From contig NW_027437445.1 of the NCBI RefSeq assembly GCF_964204645.1, positions 1-64,000 of the forward strand: 64,000 nucleotides of DNA, given 5' to 3'. The notes beneath the pieces were generated by a model that had not been told where the DNA came from, made no database searches, and was given only the letters and a program-made list of their open reading frames with translations. This DNA is from Tubulanus polymorphus. Taxonomy: Eukaryota; Animalia; Nemertea. This document shows positions 52,301-62,176 of this stretch, piece by piece (the first letter of the stretch is position 1; the number at the start of each line of letters is the position of its first letter). The position numbers and the translations under genes are program-made.

Positions 52301-54402
52301 ATTTAACTGTAGATGATAGTTATTTAAGTGAATACCAGAAGAAAATAAAACCGAAAGATCATGTTTTTACAGAAAAATTAATACTTACTCAAAATAATAA
52401 ATACAATTATATTGTTCATTATAGAATGTTAAAATTTTATCTAAAACAAGGAATGAAATTAAAGAAAGTACATAGATATATTGAATTTAATCAATCGAAG
52501 TGGTTAGAAAAATATATAGATTTCAATACTCAACAGAGAACCATATCAAAAACAGATTTTGAAAAAGATTTTTTCAAATTGATGAACAATAGTTTTTATG
52601 GAAAAACATGTGAAAATATTAGAAATAGAAATGATATTGAATTAGTAAATAATTCTGAAAGATTAAGACATTTACAATCAAGTCCTAGACATTTAGGAAA
52701 TAAAAGGTTTGAAGATTATTTAACCGCGGTAAAATTAAAAAGAACGTCCATGAAATTTAATAAACCAATATTTATAGGTTCAACTGTTTTAGAAATTTCA
52801 AAATTATTGATGTATGAATTCTATTATAATGTATTACAACCTCATTTTGGAGAAAAACATATAGAAATCTTATATTTTGATTCTGTAACAGCTGATACTC
52901 CAATATTATTAAAATATAATAATCAAATATTAATTAGAAGAATTTCAGAAATAATTTCTTATCAAAATAAATCTTATATTTCGTATGGTGAAAAAGAACT
53001 AATACAAATAAATGGATTAATGGATGTTTGGACAAAAAATGGATGGGCGAAATTAAAGAATATAATTAGACATAAAACGAATAAGAAAATCTATAGAGTT
53101 AGAACTAAATTAGGATTTGTTGATGTTACTGAAGATCATAGTTTAATTAAACAAAATGGTGATGAAATAAAACCAACTGATATAAAAATTGGAGATGAAT
53201 TATTACACAACAGATTTTACCCAAGAATGAATCATATGTCATTTGATGAAATAATTGATAATATTTATAATATAGAACCCGAAACATTAGAAGAAAAAAA
53301 ATATTTTATCAAAGGATTTTTCATGGGCGATGGTTCAGCAGGTGTGTATAATTATGTTAATCGCACTCAATATCGTTGGTATTTATGCAATCAAGACTTA
53401 AAATTATTAGAAAGAATTAAGAAATTCTGTGAAGAAGTTTATCCAAATAAAACATTTAGAATCATGGATCATATGAAATCATCCGCGGTTTATAGAATAT
53501 TTGTAAATAATCCTAAAGATTTTGCTACAAAATATAATGATGAATTCTATATTCATGCAATAGTGAAAAGTAATACTTCAACTAAAGAAAAGATAGTTCC
53601 AGATTATGTATTAAATGCAAAAAATAATTTAAGAAAATGGTTCTTCATTGGATTCTATGCAGCAGATGGTTCAAAAAGTTTCCAAAACCGCAAAACAATA
53701 TCCTTTGCTCAAAAAGGAAAAGTTGCTATATCAGGATTGAATATATTATGTAGTTCATTAGGATTTAATATGAATATAGAATTAATTAAATCTAAACCAA
53801 ATTGTTTTAATTTAAGGCATGTAGAAAAAGAATTAACAGAAGAAGTTAAAGATTTATTTGAAATATATAACCCAACTGACTATGTTTATGATTTATCAAC
53901 AGATGATGGAACATTCAATTCTGGGTTCCCATTAATCCAAAAAAATACCGACAGTTACATACTAAAAATCAAGACAAATGACATAACAAAAGACTTAAAA
54001 ACATTAAAACATTATTTTGATTTTAGCAATTACCCCAAAGATCATGAATTGTTTAGCAATGATAATAAAAAGATTCCTGGTAAGTTTAAAGATGAATTAG
54101 GAGGTGATGAAATGATTGAATTTGTTGGGATAAGAAGTAAAATGTATAGTTACAGAACAAAAGATCATGAAGCTAAAAAGTTAAAAGGAATAACAAAACA
54201 TGTGGTTGATAAACATATAGAATTTCAAGATTATATAAAGTGTTTATATAAATCAATTCTAATGAAACACAAAATGAATTGTTTTAGATCAGAAGATCAT
54301 GAGATGTACATTAATGAAGTTGAAAAAACTAGTTTAAATCCATTTGATGATAAAAGGCATATTTTAGATGATGGTATAAAAACATTACCTTATGGCCATT
54401 AA
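49339..54402 (+). CDS. polB: Protein-primed family B DNA polymerase precursor containing an intein
   Basis: N-terminal Zn fingers, NKCFLWSI, exonuclease motifs YGDFES / FHNLSGYD / YLKSDV, EndoVII-like DHDH...GAAH..CN, motifs A YIDANNLYGWAM and B KLMNNSFYGK, split motif C YFD//TDS; 1687-aa open frame. Confidence 0.96.
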   Translation: MGENEHQLENNNVNKNQYYCQYCKKKIDTSYKTRHEKTANHIKNVIDFETPENSNERKERLENMNVDEIKCEVCNEFIVKRNYNRHLESQKHYKNLNKNVLGLEYFDNKPQQVKESTSKTKSISNKPYMENVRNYIDSLEIKDTIEILETLHSKIGPAAIIFRFFKGTTIEDYSKFNEIIEKILDLITDVEYPKISISGKVSFIKSEDKMDYNIQTLSEEIISKTQIKEKLEKILNEFKRHIEERYFEGSGLTLNEIIYLDLNVYNTKRNKTSKSNKMFKNDSNFTTEKDIKASSYIKLPFITKAVINIQNEDNKCFLWSIISCLHPTQENVCRITDYRKYETLYKIDQYPVTIKMIPKIEKVNNLKINVFELMQLPKTKGENIKDYTLEALYLTEYYDDENAIDLLHYKKDENEHYMWLKQIDLFFRTESDHHNKIYLCRKCLSKFMTENTLLKHKELCDNKDFCKLIMPTEKDYKLKFTNHKFKNIVPFVIYGDFESLNKELTGQDRKEIYNKKQLLKSMDKGNELNEDTIQDPPIINTIKKVHQRAAAYGIYIKSNYPELYESQYISFRGENVVNDFCDKMIELESDFTKLLNKNKRIVMTKEDEIDFNYATHFCYCEKRFYSFDKKVRDHDHLNSKYRGAAHEDCNLQAKKVNFVPILFHNLSGYDTHLFIKQLSGKLGAINQEIEEYNAMNEANVRKYDFKLLAKTSENYISFQFGCIRFLDSYRFLASSLDNLSKSLVDNDFVITRYYYPNEQDFKLLRYKGAIPYSFYKTHDDFNVTELLKDQFYDQLKEEYVKDEVFNRTLNIWNHFKMKNHGELVDLYLKSDVMILADIFEKFREVNLNHFNVDPCYCYSSPGLTWQCGLKYTNVELDLLKEPDMILLFEKSIRGGISGVMGDRYFKANDEYKLLYIDANNLYGWAMMQPQPYKNFILTEVENGDKTDWESAIISLKDEAPIGYFFVVDLEYPENIKFKTRNLPYCPEHLTVDDSYLSEYQKKIKPKDHVFTEKLILTQNNKYNYIVHYRMLKFYLKQGMKLKKVHRYIEFNQSKWLEKYIDFNTQQRTISKTDFEKDFFKLMNNSFYGKTCENIRNRNDIELVNNSERLRHLQSSPRHLGNKRFEDYLTAVKLKRTSMKFNKPIFIGSTVLEISKLLMYEFYYNVLQPHFGEKHIEILYFDSVTADTPILLKYNNQILIRRISEIISYQNKSYISYGEKELIQINGLMDVWTKNGWAKLKNIIRHKTNKKIYRVRTKLGFVDVTEDHSLIKQNGDEIKPTDIKIGDELLHNRFYPRMNHMSFDEIIDNIYNIEPETLEEKKYFIKGFFMGDGSAGVYNYVNRTQYRWYLCNQDLKLLERIKKFCEEVYPNKTFRIMDHMKSSAVYRIFVNNPKDFATKYNDEFYIHAIVKSNTSTKEKIVPDYVLNAKNNLRKWFFIGFYAADGSKSFQNRKTISFAQKGKVAISGLNILCSSLGFNMNIELIKSKPNCFNLRHVEKELTEEVKDLFEIYNPTDYVYDLSTDDGTFNSGFPLIQKNTDSYILKIKTNDITKDLKTLKHYFDFSNYPKDHELFSNDNKKIPGKFKDELGGDEMIEFVGIRSKMYSYRTKDHEAKKLKGITKHVVDKHIEFQDYIKCLYKSILMKHKMNCFRSEDHEMYINEVEKTSLNPFDDKRHILDDGIKTLPYGH
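52882..53946 (+). mobile_element. Intein (355 aa) with LAGLIDADG homing endonuclease
   Basis: Block A SVTADTPIL, block B VDVTEDHSLI, blocks C/E FIKGFFMGDGS and FFIGFYAADGS, block F YVYDLST, C-terminal KN followed by +1 Thr. Confidence 0.95.
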
Positions 54403-55699
54403 AACATAAAATCAATATCATCATACTCGAAATCACTATTGGCTTCTTCATTTTCATTTAATTGTTCAGGTTCTTCTTCCATTCCATTTTTCTCATTTAA
54501 ATAAAGTTCTATCTTGTTCCACATTTCATCTCGCTCTCTTTGTTTCTTTTTGTTTGTTAATTCATCAAATGGAATTATAATATCTAGGTTTAAATAATTT
54601 ACAATCTTATTTAAAAAGAATTCATAATTTATTGAATCTGTTATTCTATTTTCCAAATGATACATTAATATTTGTTTGAATATTTTTTTTATATTTTTCA
54701 TATCTTCTTCTGTTAATTTAGGTTTTTCATAATAATCGTTAAATAATAAATATAAATACATTTTCTTTTGTTTTGTGTTAAATGTTGGTGGAATAATTGT
54801 TTTTATAATATCTTTTTTAGTTATTTCACCATTTTCATTTTCTATTATTTTCATTTTTTCAAGCCATTGCATATATTCTGGTGTATGATCTTCTATAGAA
54901 AATATTTTAAAAATTTCATCAAGATAATTTAATTTTGGATCTATGAGAAAATCTCTAGTTTTTTCTTCACCTAATAAATTCTTTTGCCATCCACATTCAT
55001 TACAAAATATCACAGGACCTTCTTGTCTTAAGTACTCATAAATACATTGTGGGCATTTTTTTCTATCATAGCTTGGTAATAGATCTTCATTAAGCTCTTG
55101 GTATTTTCTTACGTTTTCTTTATGTTTTATTGTTCTATTATGTAGATTTGAATTACTTGTTGTAATAATCAATTTACAATATTTACAATAATATGTTTTT
55201 CTTGTTAATTCATTATATTGTTTTTCTAACTTTTCAACTGTTTCTTCATTATCTGGTAACGTTTTCTCATATTTAAATTTTTCTAATAAATTATTTTTTC
55301 TTTCATTGAATTCAGTTTCAAATTTATTAGAAATTTTATCTATATGTACTTTACGAAATTGATGATTCTCCCAATCTTCTATATTTTCAGGGTTATATTT
55401 TATTCGACAAGGCTCACAGAAATGATCTTTTATATTATCCTTATCATAGAATAAGAAAGGTCTTTTCCAAATAACTTCAGGTTCAACTTCAGCAGAATTA
55501 CTATCAACATTAGCCGTTGCGCCATTAATTCTACACTTCTCTGAATGTTTTTAACATAATTTCTTGAGAATAATTTATCACATTTTGGGCAGTTTATTTT
55601 AGGGGGTTTATAATTTTCATCATGTTTTTTCATATGTCGAGCCTTATTACTTTTTCTTAGAAGTTCACCACAAATTTCGCATGCTATCTTCTCATCCAT
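54399..55699 (-). pseudogene. Multi-zinc-finger protein with VLTF3 (poxvirus A2)-like C-terminal domain; frameshift near 55550
   Basis: TAAATG start; CEIC...H...H, CPKC, CEPC, CKYC fingers; CPQC...CNECG ribbon then KPKLTEE...IFKQI...INYEFFLNKI...DEMWNKI; VLTF3 call is by eye. Confidence 0.65.
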
Positions 55700-55767
55700 T
55701 TATTAAGGAAAAATTTTATTAAAATTAATTTTTAGTGATGAGCGGTAATTTTTTTATGTTATAAATA

Positions 55768-56526
55768 ATGGTAGAATTAAAAGAATACAGAATATTTGTT
55801 GATTCTAGAAAACTTACAAATTATAAATCTCATAATTTATTAGTACAATTAGATAGAGAATTTAAGAATTGCGTTGATTTAAAATTAGTAAATATAAGTT
55901 TATGTAATTCTTTTTATAATATATCGGATAAAACTTTCGAACATAGAGGTTTTGCAATTCATATGAAAAATAAAAATAAATGGTTTTATCTAATGTTAAA
56001 ACCAGGGTTATATAATTTAGAAACATTAGCCCAAGAAATTAATCGGAGAGCACGATTAAAACTTGGAAGTGAATATAAATTTTCAATTAGATTTATAAAA
56101 AGTGATAGTTCTGATAAAATTAAAATAAAGTTAGATGATGAAAGCAAACATGCATTTATGGTAAGGAAACCTTTAGCTAAAATGTTAGGAATTAAACCAC
56201 AAATTGTTACAGGAAACGTAGACGGTAATTCAAATATAATACCTTTTACACATTTTTATATTTATTGCAATTTAATCGATCCTACAAAAACATTTGAAGC
56301 AACTAAAGATACAACATGTAATTCTGGTTTACTAAACATTTTACCATTGAAGAATGTTAAACAATTTGGAACGCAAATAAATTATAATTTAACAGAATGT
56401 GATTTCAAACCATGCATTCCTCGTTTTAATAATTTTAGATTAGAAATTAGAAATCATACTGGATACTTAATTGATTTAAATAATTTCCCTGTAATTTATG
56501 AATTAGTTATAAGATGTAAAGAGTAA
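55768..56526 (+). CDS. Minor capsid protein (penton)
   Basis: IFVDS, NSFYNI, PGLYN, YIYCNLID, LLNILP and LEIRN..G.LIDLNN motifs typical of Polinton pentons. Confidence 0.8.
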   Translation: MVELKEYRIFVDSRKLTNYKSHNLLVQLDREFKNCVDLKLVNISLCNSFYNISDKTFEHRGFAIHMKNKNKWFYLMLKPGLYNLETLAQEINRRARLKLGSEYKFSIRFIKSDSSDKIKIKLDDESKHAFMVRKPLAKMLGIKPQIVTGNVDGNSNIIPFTHFYIYCNLIDPTKTFEATKDTTCNSGLLNILPLKNVKQFGTQINYNLTECDFKPCIPRFNNFRLEIRNHTGYLIDLNNFPVIYELVIRCKE

Positions 56527-56542
56527 TTTTTTCATTATATAA

Positions 56543-56884
56543 ATGAATATAACTGTTGGACCGAGTATATGTTTTGGGTTTGATTTTAAACATGGTAAAG
56601 AAATGAGAATTAAACTAAATGATGTAATTACTGATGTAAAAAGTAGATCATTTAACAATGCATCAATGATTGATAAAGAAAATTATAATATAGAAAAAGT
56701 AATTGATTTAATTAAATCACCTTTAGAATATTATGAATTAAATGAAGATGGAATTATTGATGATATTAAAAACATATTATCCAAAATATATGATAATCAT
56801 AAAACTAGTAATGAAATAAATGTTGAAATAATCATCACTAAGATAACTAAATATTTTGATGATAGTAATTTTTTTGATAAATAA
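56543..56884 (+). CDS. Polinton hypothetical protein
   Basis: TAAATG start, tightly packed open frame. Confidence 0.65.
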   Translation: MNITVGPSICFGFDFKHGKEMRIKLNDVITDVKSRSFNNASMIDKENYNIEKVIDLIKSPLEYYELNEDGIIDDIKNILSKIYDNHKTSNEINVEIIITKITKYFDDSNFFDK

Positions 56885-57106
56885 ATGAGTGATAATAAGT
56901 GGATAATAAGTGGATTATATAATGGCGCATTACTATCAGTTGGAACGGTTGGTTATTCAATGGTATTAAAAAAAGTATTCAAAATGGGAAGTGTTAATGT
57001 TGATAGATTTGATATCAATGATATTTTAAAGTTAACATTAGCAGTTACTTTATCTAATTTAACTATTGATTATTTGGAAAAACAAAAATATATTCCTCCC
57101 ATATAA
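56885..57106 (+). CDS. Small hydrophobic Polinton protein
   Basis: TAAATG overlaps the upstream stop; two hydrophobic/amphipathic segments. Confidence 0.7.
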   Translation: MSDNKWIISGLYNGALLSVGTVGYSMVLKKVFKMGSVNVDRFDINDILKLTLAVTLSNLTIDYLEKQKYIPPI

Positions 57107-57133
57107 GAAGTGTGTAATTTTTTTGCTAAATAA

Positions 57134-57556
57134 ATGGCTTCTGCAATTATAACTATTATAGGATCGGCAATTGTTAACGCTTTAGCATTTACTGGTGGTG
57201 GTTATTTATTTAAACATATTGATAAAAATAGTTCATTAGGAGAACAAAGAAGACATAACTTAGCGTTAGAGAAATACAATAAAGCTGCAGAAGAATATAG
57301 AGAAAAGAGACAAAACTATATGGATTACATCAATAAAGAATTATATGATCAGAAGATTTCACACAGAGATTTTCAATCAGTTGATGATGCAATGAGTTTA
57401 TATAACGCGGTAACCAATAAAGAAAAATTACATCTATACAAACCCAAATTATCAGATTATTATACCCCAAGTAAAGAACAACAGAAATATGAAATAATAT
57501 GGATTTTAGGTGGAACAGTTATTGTTATATTTGTTGCTTATAAGTTTACTAATTAG
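57134..57556 (+). CDS. Polinton membrane protein (N- and C-terminal hydrophobic segments)
   Basis: TAAATG start; IITIIGSAIVNALAFTGGG and IIWILGGTVIVIFVAY. Confidence 0.75.
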   Translation: MASAIITIIGSAIVNALAFTGGGYLFKHIDKNSSLGEQRRHNLALEKYNKAAEEYREKRQNYMDYINKELYDQKISHRDFQSVDDAMSLYNAVTNKEKLHLYKPKLSDYYTPSKEQQKYEIIWILGGTVIVIFVAYKFTN

Positions 57557-57575
57557 TAATTTTTATTCTAAATAA

Positions 57576-58010
57576 ATGGAAGATAAAGTTGATAGTATTG
57601 ATATTATTCCTCATGATATAAATAAAACTAAATTAAAAATATATTTAGAAAAACAAATATTAGAATTTGAAAGTGACTTAAAGATAAAAAAGAAAAAATA
57701 TTTAAAAAGTAAAATTATATATTATTTGATTATAAGTGGTTCGGTTACAATTAGTTCTGTAATAACATTTTTAGCAATATTCAGCCCATTAACACCTTTA
57801 GCTATATCAATTGGTGTATTAGGATTAAGTTCAAGTGTTTTAACTGGTATAAGTTCAAAATTAAATATAAAAAGTAATAAAGAAAAAATTAAAACTAATA
57901 TAAAAGAAATTAATAAATTAAAGAACACACTAGATTATATAATAAGTTTAAATGGCCATATAACAGTTGAAGAACAAGATAAATTATTAAAAGAATTAAT
58001 AAATTATTAA
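57576..58010 (+). CDS. Two-TM Polinton protein with coiled coils
   Basis: TAAATG start; ~45-aa central hydrophobic hairpin. Confidence 0.75.
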   Translation: MEDKVDSIDIIPHDINKTKLKIYLEKQILEFESDLKIKKKKYLKSKIIYYLIISGSVTISSVITFLAIFSPLTPLAISIGVLGLSSSVLTGISSKLNIKSNKEKIKTNIKEINKLKNTLDYIISLNGHITVEEQDKLLKELINY

Positions 58011-58026
58011 TTTTTTAATTATATAA

Positions 58027-59413
58027 ATGGTAGATAGTTTTCCAAAAGCTTTCCGATATAATAAATCAATTAAATATAATATTCCAGCAATAGATTTTAA
58101 TAAAGATATTACATATAGAAATGAAGTTTTAGATTCATTAACTAATTTAGAAATTTATGTTACTGAAACTAATAATTTTAATGCAAAGATGGAAAATATA
58201 TTTCATGTATATTTAATTAATTTTAAAAAATTGAAAGATGAAAAACAATGGTTATTAAAATCTAATATGAAGTATTGGCAGAACCAATTAAATTTTGCTG
58301 TTTATTGTGCAACAACAGGATGTGGAATTAGTTGGAATGATCATTTAAATAATTCTAAATATAAATTAATTCAAAGTTTATTTAGATTTCATACATACTT
58401 TCAAATCAGAATAATATTAAATGAATTAGAGTACGCTTTACCAGGATCTAGGTATTTCAAAGAATTAGATAATAATATTAATTTATCTAAGTTTTATAAG
58501 ATTTGCAATGAATTTAATATAGATATAAATAATTCTGATTTTAGAACAAAAATTGGAACAATAAGATCACTTCCATGCCCTAGAAAGATTGCAGAATATT
58601 GTGCACTTCCCATACCATCTAATACTTTTTATAATATCTATAATAATAAATTAGGTTATGGTAAAATAGAAACAAAGGATTTAGAAACATTAAATTTCAA
58701 TAAATTACCAAAATTTTATGATAATTTAAAACAAGAAAACAATAATGGTTGGGTTTATTTTATTTTAGAAAATAGTGAAGGTTTTACTAAATCAGGTATA
58801 GAAAGAATAAATCAATCTATTAGAATTTATTTGATTTGTATTCTAGGTGCGCAAGTTGAAACAAGATCACCGATAACTGGAAATTTGAATACATCATTCG
58901 ATACACAAAAACAATTTAAAGTATTATTTGAAGATTCCATACATGATGATAAAAATAGATCGATTCCAGAAAACATTATAAGATATCAAAATTATTTAGA
59001 TAAATCTCATGTAAGACTTAATTATTGTATAGGCCCTAATCTATTAATTATTTCTAATGATTTAGTATTGAAGATGGGAAATATAATTGGTTATAATAAT
59101 CTAATTAAAACTGCAACAATAAATAATTCATTCGGGTTAAATAATATAAATAAAAAGATTATTACTGCTCCAAAATTAATGGAAGGTGAAAAAAATAAAA
59201 AAACATATTCAATCAACAGAAACTAAAACTAAGAATATTAAATTAAATAATGATTCTAAAATAAAAGATTACAATACATCAGAAAATAATAGAACTGATA
59301 TTATTCAACATGATATAATTAAACTAAATGATGATAATAAATCCCATGAAAATACTAAATTAGCTAAATTAACTTGTATAGGAATTGTTATAGGAGGAAT
59401 ATTATATTTTTAA
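58027..59413 (+). CDS. Polinton hypothetical protein, probably frameshifted in the A-run near 59190-59200, with a C-terminal TM segment
   Basis: 399-aa ORF (WQNQLNFAVYCATTGCGISW) overlapped by a 75-aa ORF that has no TAAATG of its own. Confidence 0.7.
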
Positions 59414-59435
59414 TTTTAATTTTTTTATTATATAA

Positions 59436-60878
59436 ATGGATGTAGAAGGTGGAGAAGATATTGGAATGGATCCTTTTGATGAACCTAACATAACTGATGA
59501 ACAACCACCTGATTTTGATGAAACAAGTTTTAATGATGGTAATGAACCAGAATATAACAATAATTTAAATATGCCTGATTATATTAAAAATGCTGAATCA
59601 CAATTAAATCCTGAAAATTTAGACCCAGATTTAGTAAAACAAGATTTAGATAATTTAAACAAAATACCTAAATTAGAAGATTTAATTGAAAAATCTAATT
59701 TTAACATAAATGATGAAGACGTTGCACTTTTAGCAGATCAATTAAAATTTTTAGATAATGGTAAATGTAATTATCGTTTGAAAGGTGATTATTATATTGA
59801 TATCACTTATAAAAATAATAAAAATAAAATATTATCAGAATCAACTTTAGAAAAATTAAAACCAGATAGAATTAAAATAAAAAGTAATAGTAATGAAATA
59901 ACTGATGTTACACAAAAAGAAATAGATGATAATATAGATGTATTTAAACAAAGAATTAATGAATTATTTGAAATAATCAAAAAGAAATCAGAAACAGAAA
60001 CAACTTCTGAACAGAATATAACTTCCAAAAATAGTAAACTTAGATCAAATAAAGTTCCAATTGAAAAACTTTTACCGAATGGATTACTTGATGCAACAGA
60101 TCAAGAATTAGAAGATTTAGATATATTTTCTGATAAAGCAATTAGAGAAATTATTAGTATAAGACTTGCATCTGATAAAATTGCACATAATAAAAGTATA
60201 AGAGATTTTAAAATTAGAACTTTAGAAAAAGAATTAACTGATAAAAATAAAGAAATAGAACAATTAAAGTCTGATTTAGATCATCAAGTAATTGATGAAA
60301 TAGAATATAGGCAAAAAGAATTACGTTTAGAAAAAGAAATTAGTAATTTAAAAGATAATTTAGAAGTACAGAAAGAAGAAATTAAATTATTATTAAAATC
60401 ATATGATTATAATATTAATAGATTAAAAGTTATTTTTAAAGATTTGTTGATTAAACCAAATTCTGAAATATCATTAAAAGACAGGATGAAGTTATTATTT
60501 AAATTAGAAGGAATAACAATTCTTTCAATTCTAACAGCTGTAACTATGTTATTTACAACAATTGGTTTAGCTATATCAAATGCTTTAAAATCTACTCCTC
60601 CTACTCCCACTCCCAATAAACCAGATAAACCTCCAGGCAATAATTCTATACAAGATAAAGTTAAAGATGGTTTAAAGAAATTAGCAAAATATTTATGGGA
60701 ACTATCTAAAAAATCTGCTGCAGCATTGCCAGGAGTTATTGCATCAATTGTTGGTTTTATATTGAAATCTGCTGGGAATATTCTTAACTTTGCTGCCGAA
60801 CATATTATTTTATTTTTAATTACAGTTGTAAGTGCTATTATTTTTGGTTTAGTAAATATGATATCAAAAAATAAATAA
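59436..60878 (+). CDS. Coiled-coil protein with C-terminal multi-TM region
   Basis: Acidic N-terminus, heptad region, Pro-rich linker, three hydrophobic segments. Confidence 0.8.
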   Translation: MDVEGGEDIGMDPFDEPNITDEQPPDFDETSFNDGNEPEYNNNLNMPDYIKNAESQLNPENLDPDLVKQDLDNLNKIPKLEDLIEKSNFNINDEDVALLADQLKFLDNGKCNYRLKGDYYIDITYKNNKNKILSESTLEKLKPDRIKIKSNSNEITDVTQKEIDDNIDVFKQRINELFEIIKKKSETETTSEQNITSKNSKLRSNKVPIEKLLPNGLLDATDQELEDLDIFSDKAIREIISIRLASDKIAHNKSIRDFKIRTLEKELTDKNKEIEQLKSDLDHQVIDEIEYRQKELRLEKEISNLKDNLEVQKEEIKLLLKSYDYNINRLKVIFKDLLIKPNSEISLKDRMKLLFKLEGITILSILTAVTMLFTTIGLAISNALKSTPPTPTPNKPDKPPGNNSIQDKVKDGLKKLAKYLWELSKKSAAALPGVIASIVGFILKSAGNILNFAAEHIILFLITVVSAIIFGLVNMISKNK

Positions 60879-60898
60879 TTAATTTTTTTGTTTAATAA

Positions 60899-62146
60899 AT
60901 GAGTGGGAGTTATATAAGTCCTTCTAAGATTTCTAGAATATCTAATGCTATTAAAGCAGAAAGATCACATCATATAATTACTCATAACCCTTCAAATATT
61001 AATCCCGATGAAACTTTATATGTTAGAATTCCTAGATTAACACAAAATACTTTTTATGTTCCAAACAGTATTTATTTATCAGCTGATATAAAAGTAATCG
61101 GTAATAATAATAATTATGTTGTTGATAATGTTGGAAGATATTTGATTAAAAAATTAACAATAAAGATTGGTCCGGAAACAGTTTTCTCATTAGATGATTA
61201 TAATTTATTTTCACATTATAAAGATTTATGGTTAACTAAAGAAAATAGAAATAATATGATATTTCAAGGAATTCAATCAGAAAACCAAAATAAATTAAGA
61301 TCAGAAGCGCATAATGCAATATTAACTAATGATGTAGATAAATTGATAAAAAGTATATATGGAAGCAAATATAAAATTCCATTAGACTTTGAATTGATAG
61401 ATAATAATGCACCTTTATATAAATACGCAATTCAAGAAGATATTATATTTGAGATAACATTTGCTCCTGTAAATTAAATTGTATTATCTAGCGTTGTTAA
61501 AGATATGAGTTATAAATTATCGAATATATGTTTAGAATATAACACAATAACTAATGAAAATATTGCTAGCACAATTCAAACTCAATACAATCAAGGATTT
61601 TCATTATTATATGATTATATTGATAAATTTAAAACTGTAACTATTAATGCAAATGATGAAATTATTAATGAGAATATTAACTTTCCTAGAAGATCTATTA
61701 AAGGTATATTAATATTTTTTACCATTGGAACGTATACTAATGGCGCAATAAAGGTAGATAATTATTATAATCCTGAAATAACAAAAGTAGAAATAACTAT
61801 CGAAGGAATAGCAAATAAAATATTTTGTCAAGGAATGAGAATGATAGATCAATGGGTAGAAATTAAAAAACATTTTATGAATGAAAAATTAAAATCATTT
61901 GAAAATTGTAATATTAATCAAATTGACTATTATACCGGTAATAAATTTGCATTATGGGTAGATTTTAGAACAACTGAAGATAACTTATTACATGGTTCTG
62001 GGAAAAAATTACAAAATACAAAAGACGGAATACAATTATTTATGAAAAAGAAAAAAGGAAGTTTAAATTTCAAAATGCACATTTATATTATATCTGACGC
62101 ACAATTAAATATTGTAAATTCACAATTAGATAGTATTCAATATTAG
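60899..62146 (+). pseudogene. Major capsid protein (double jelly-roll), single nonsense at 61475-61477
   Basis: The two ORFs are in frame (27-nt gap), ~415 aa; NPS.I.P.ETL.V.IP, YKIPLDF, FALWVDFRT; size and position fit a Polinton MCP. Confidence 0.8.
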
Positions 62147-62176
62147 AAATATAAAGTTAAAATTAAGGATATATAA

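Noticed and set aside
61475-61477. Stop-codon readthrough or an alternative genetic code for MCP and ATPase
   Set aside because: TAA terminates most genes here, and the sister ATPase copies have GAA at the equivalent site, so these are ordinary nonsense changes or read errors
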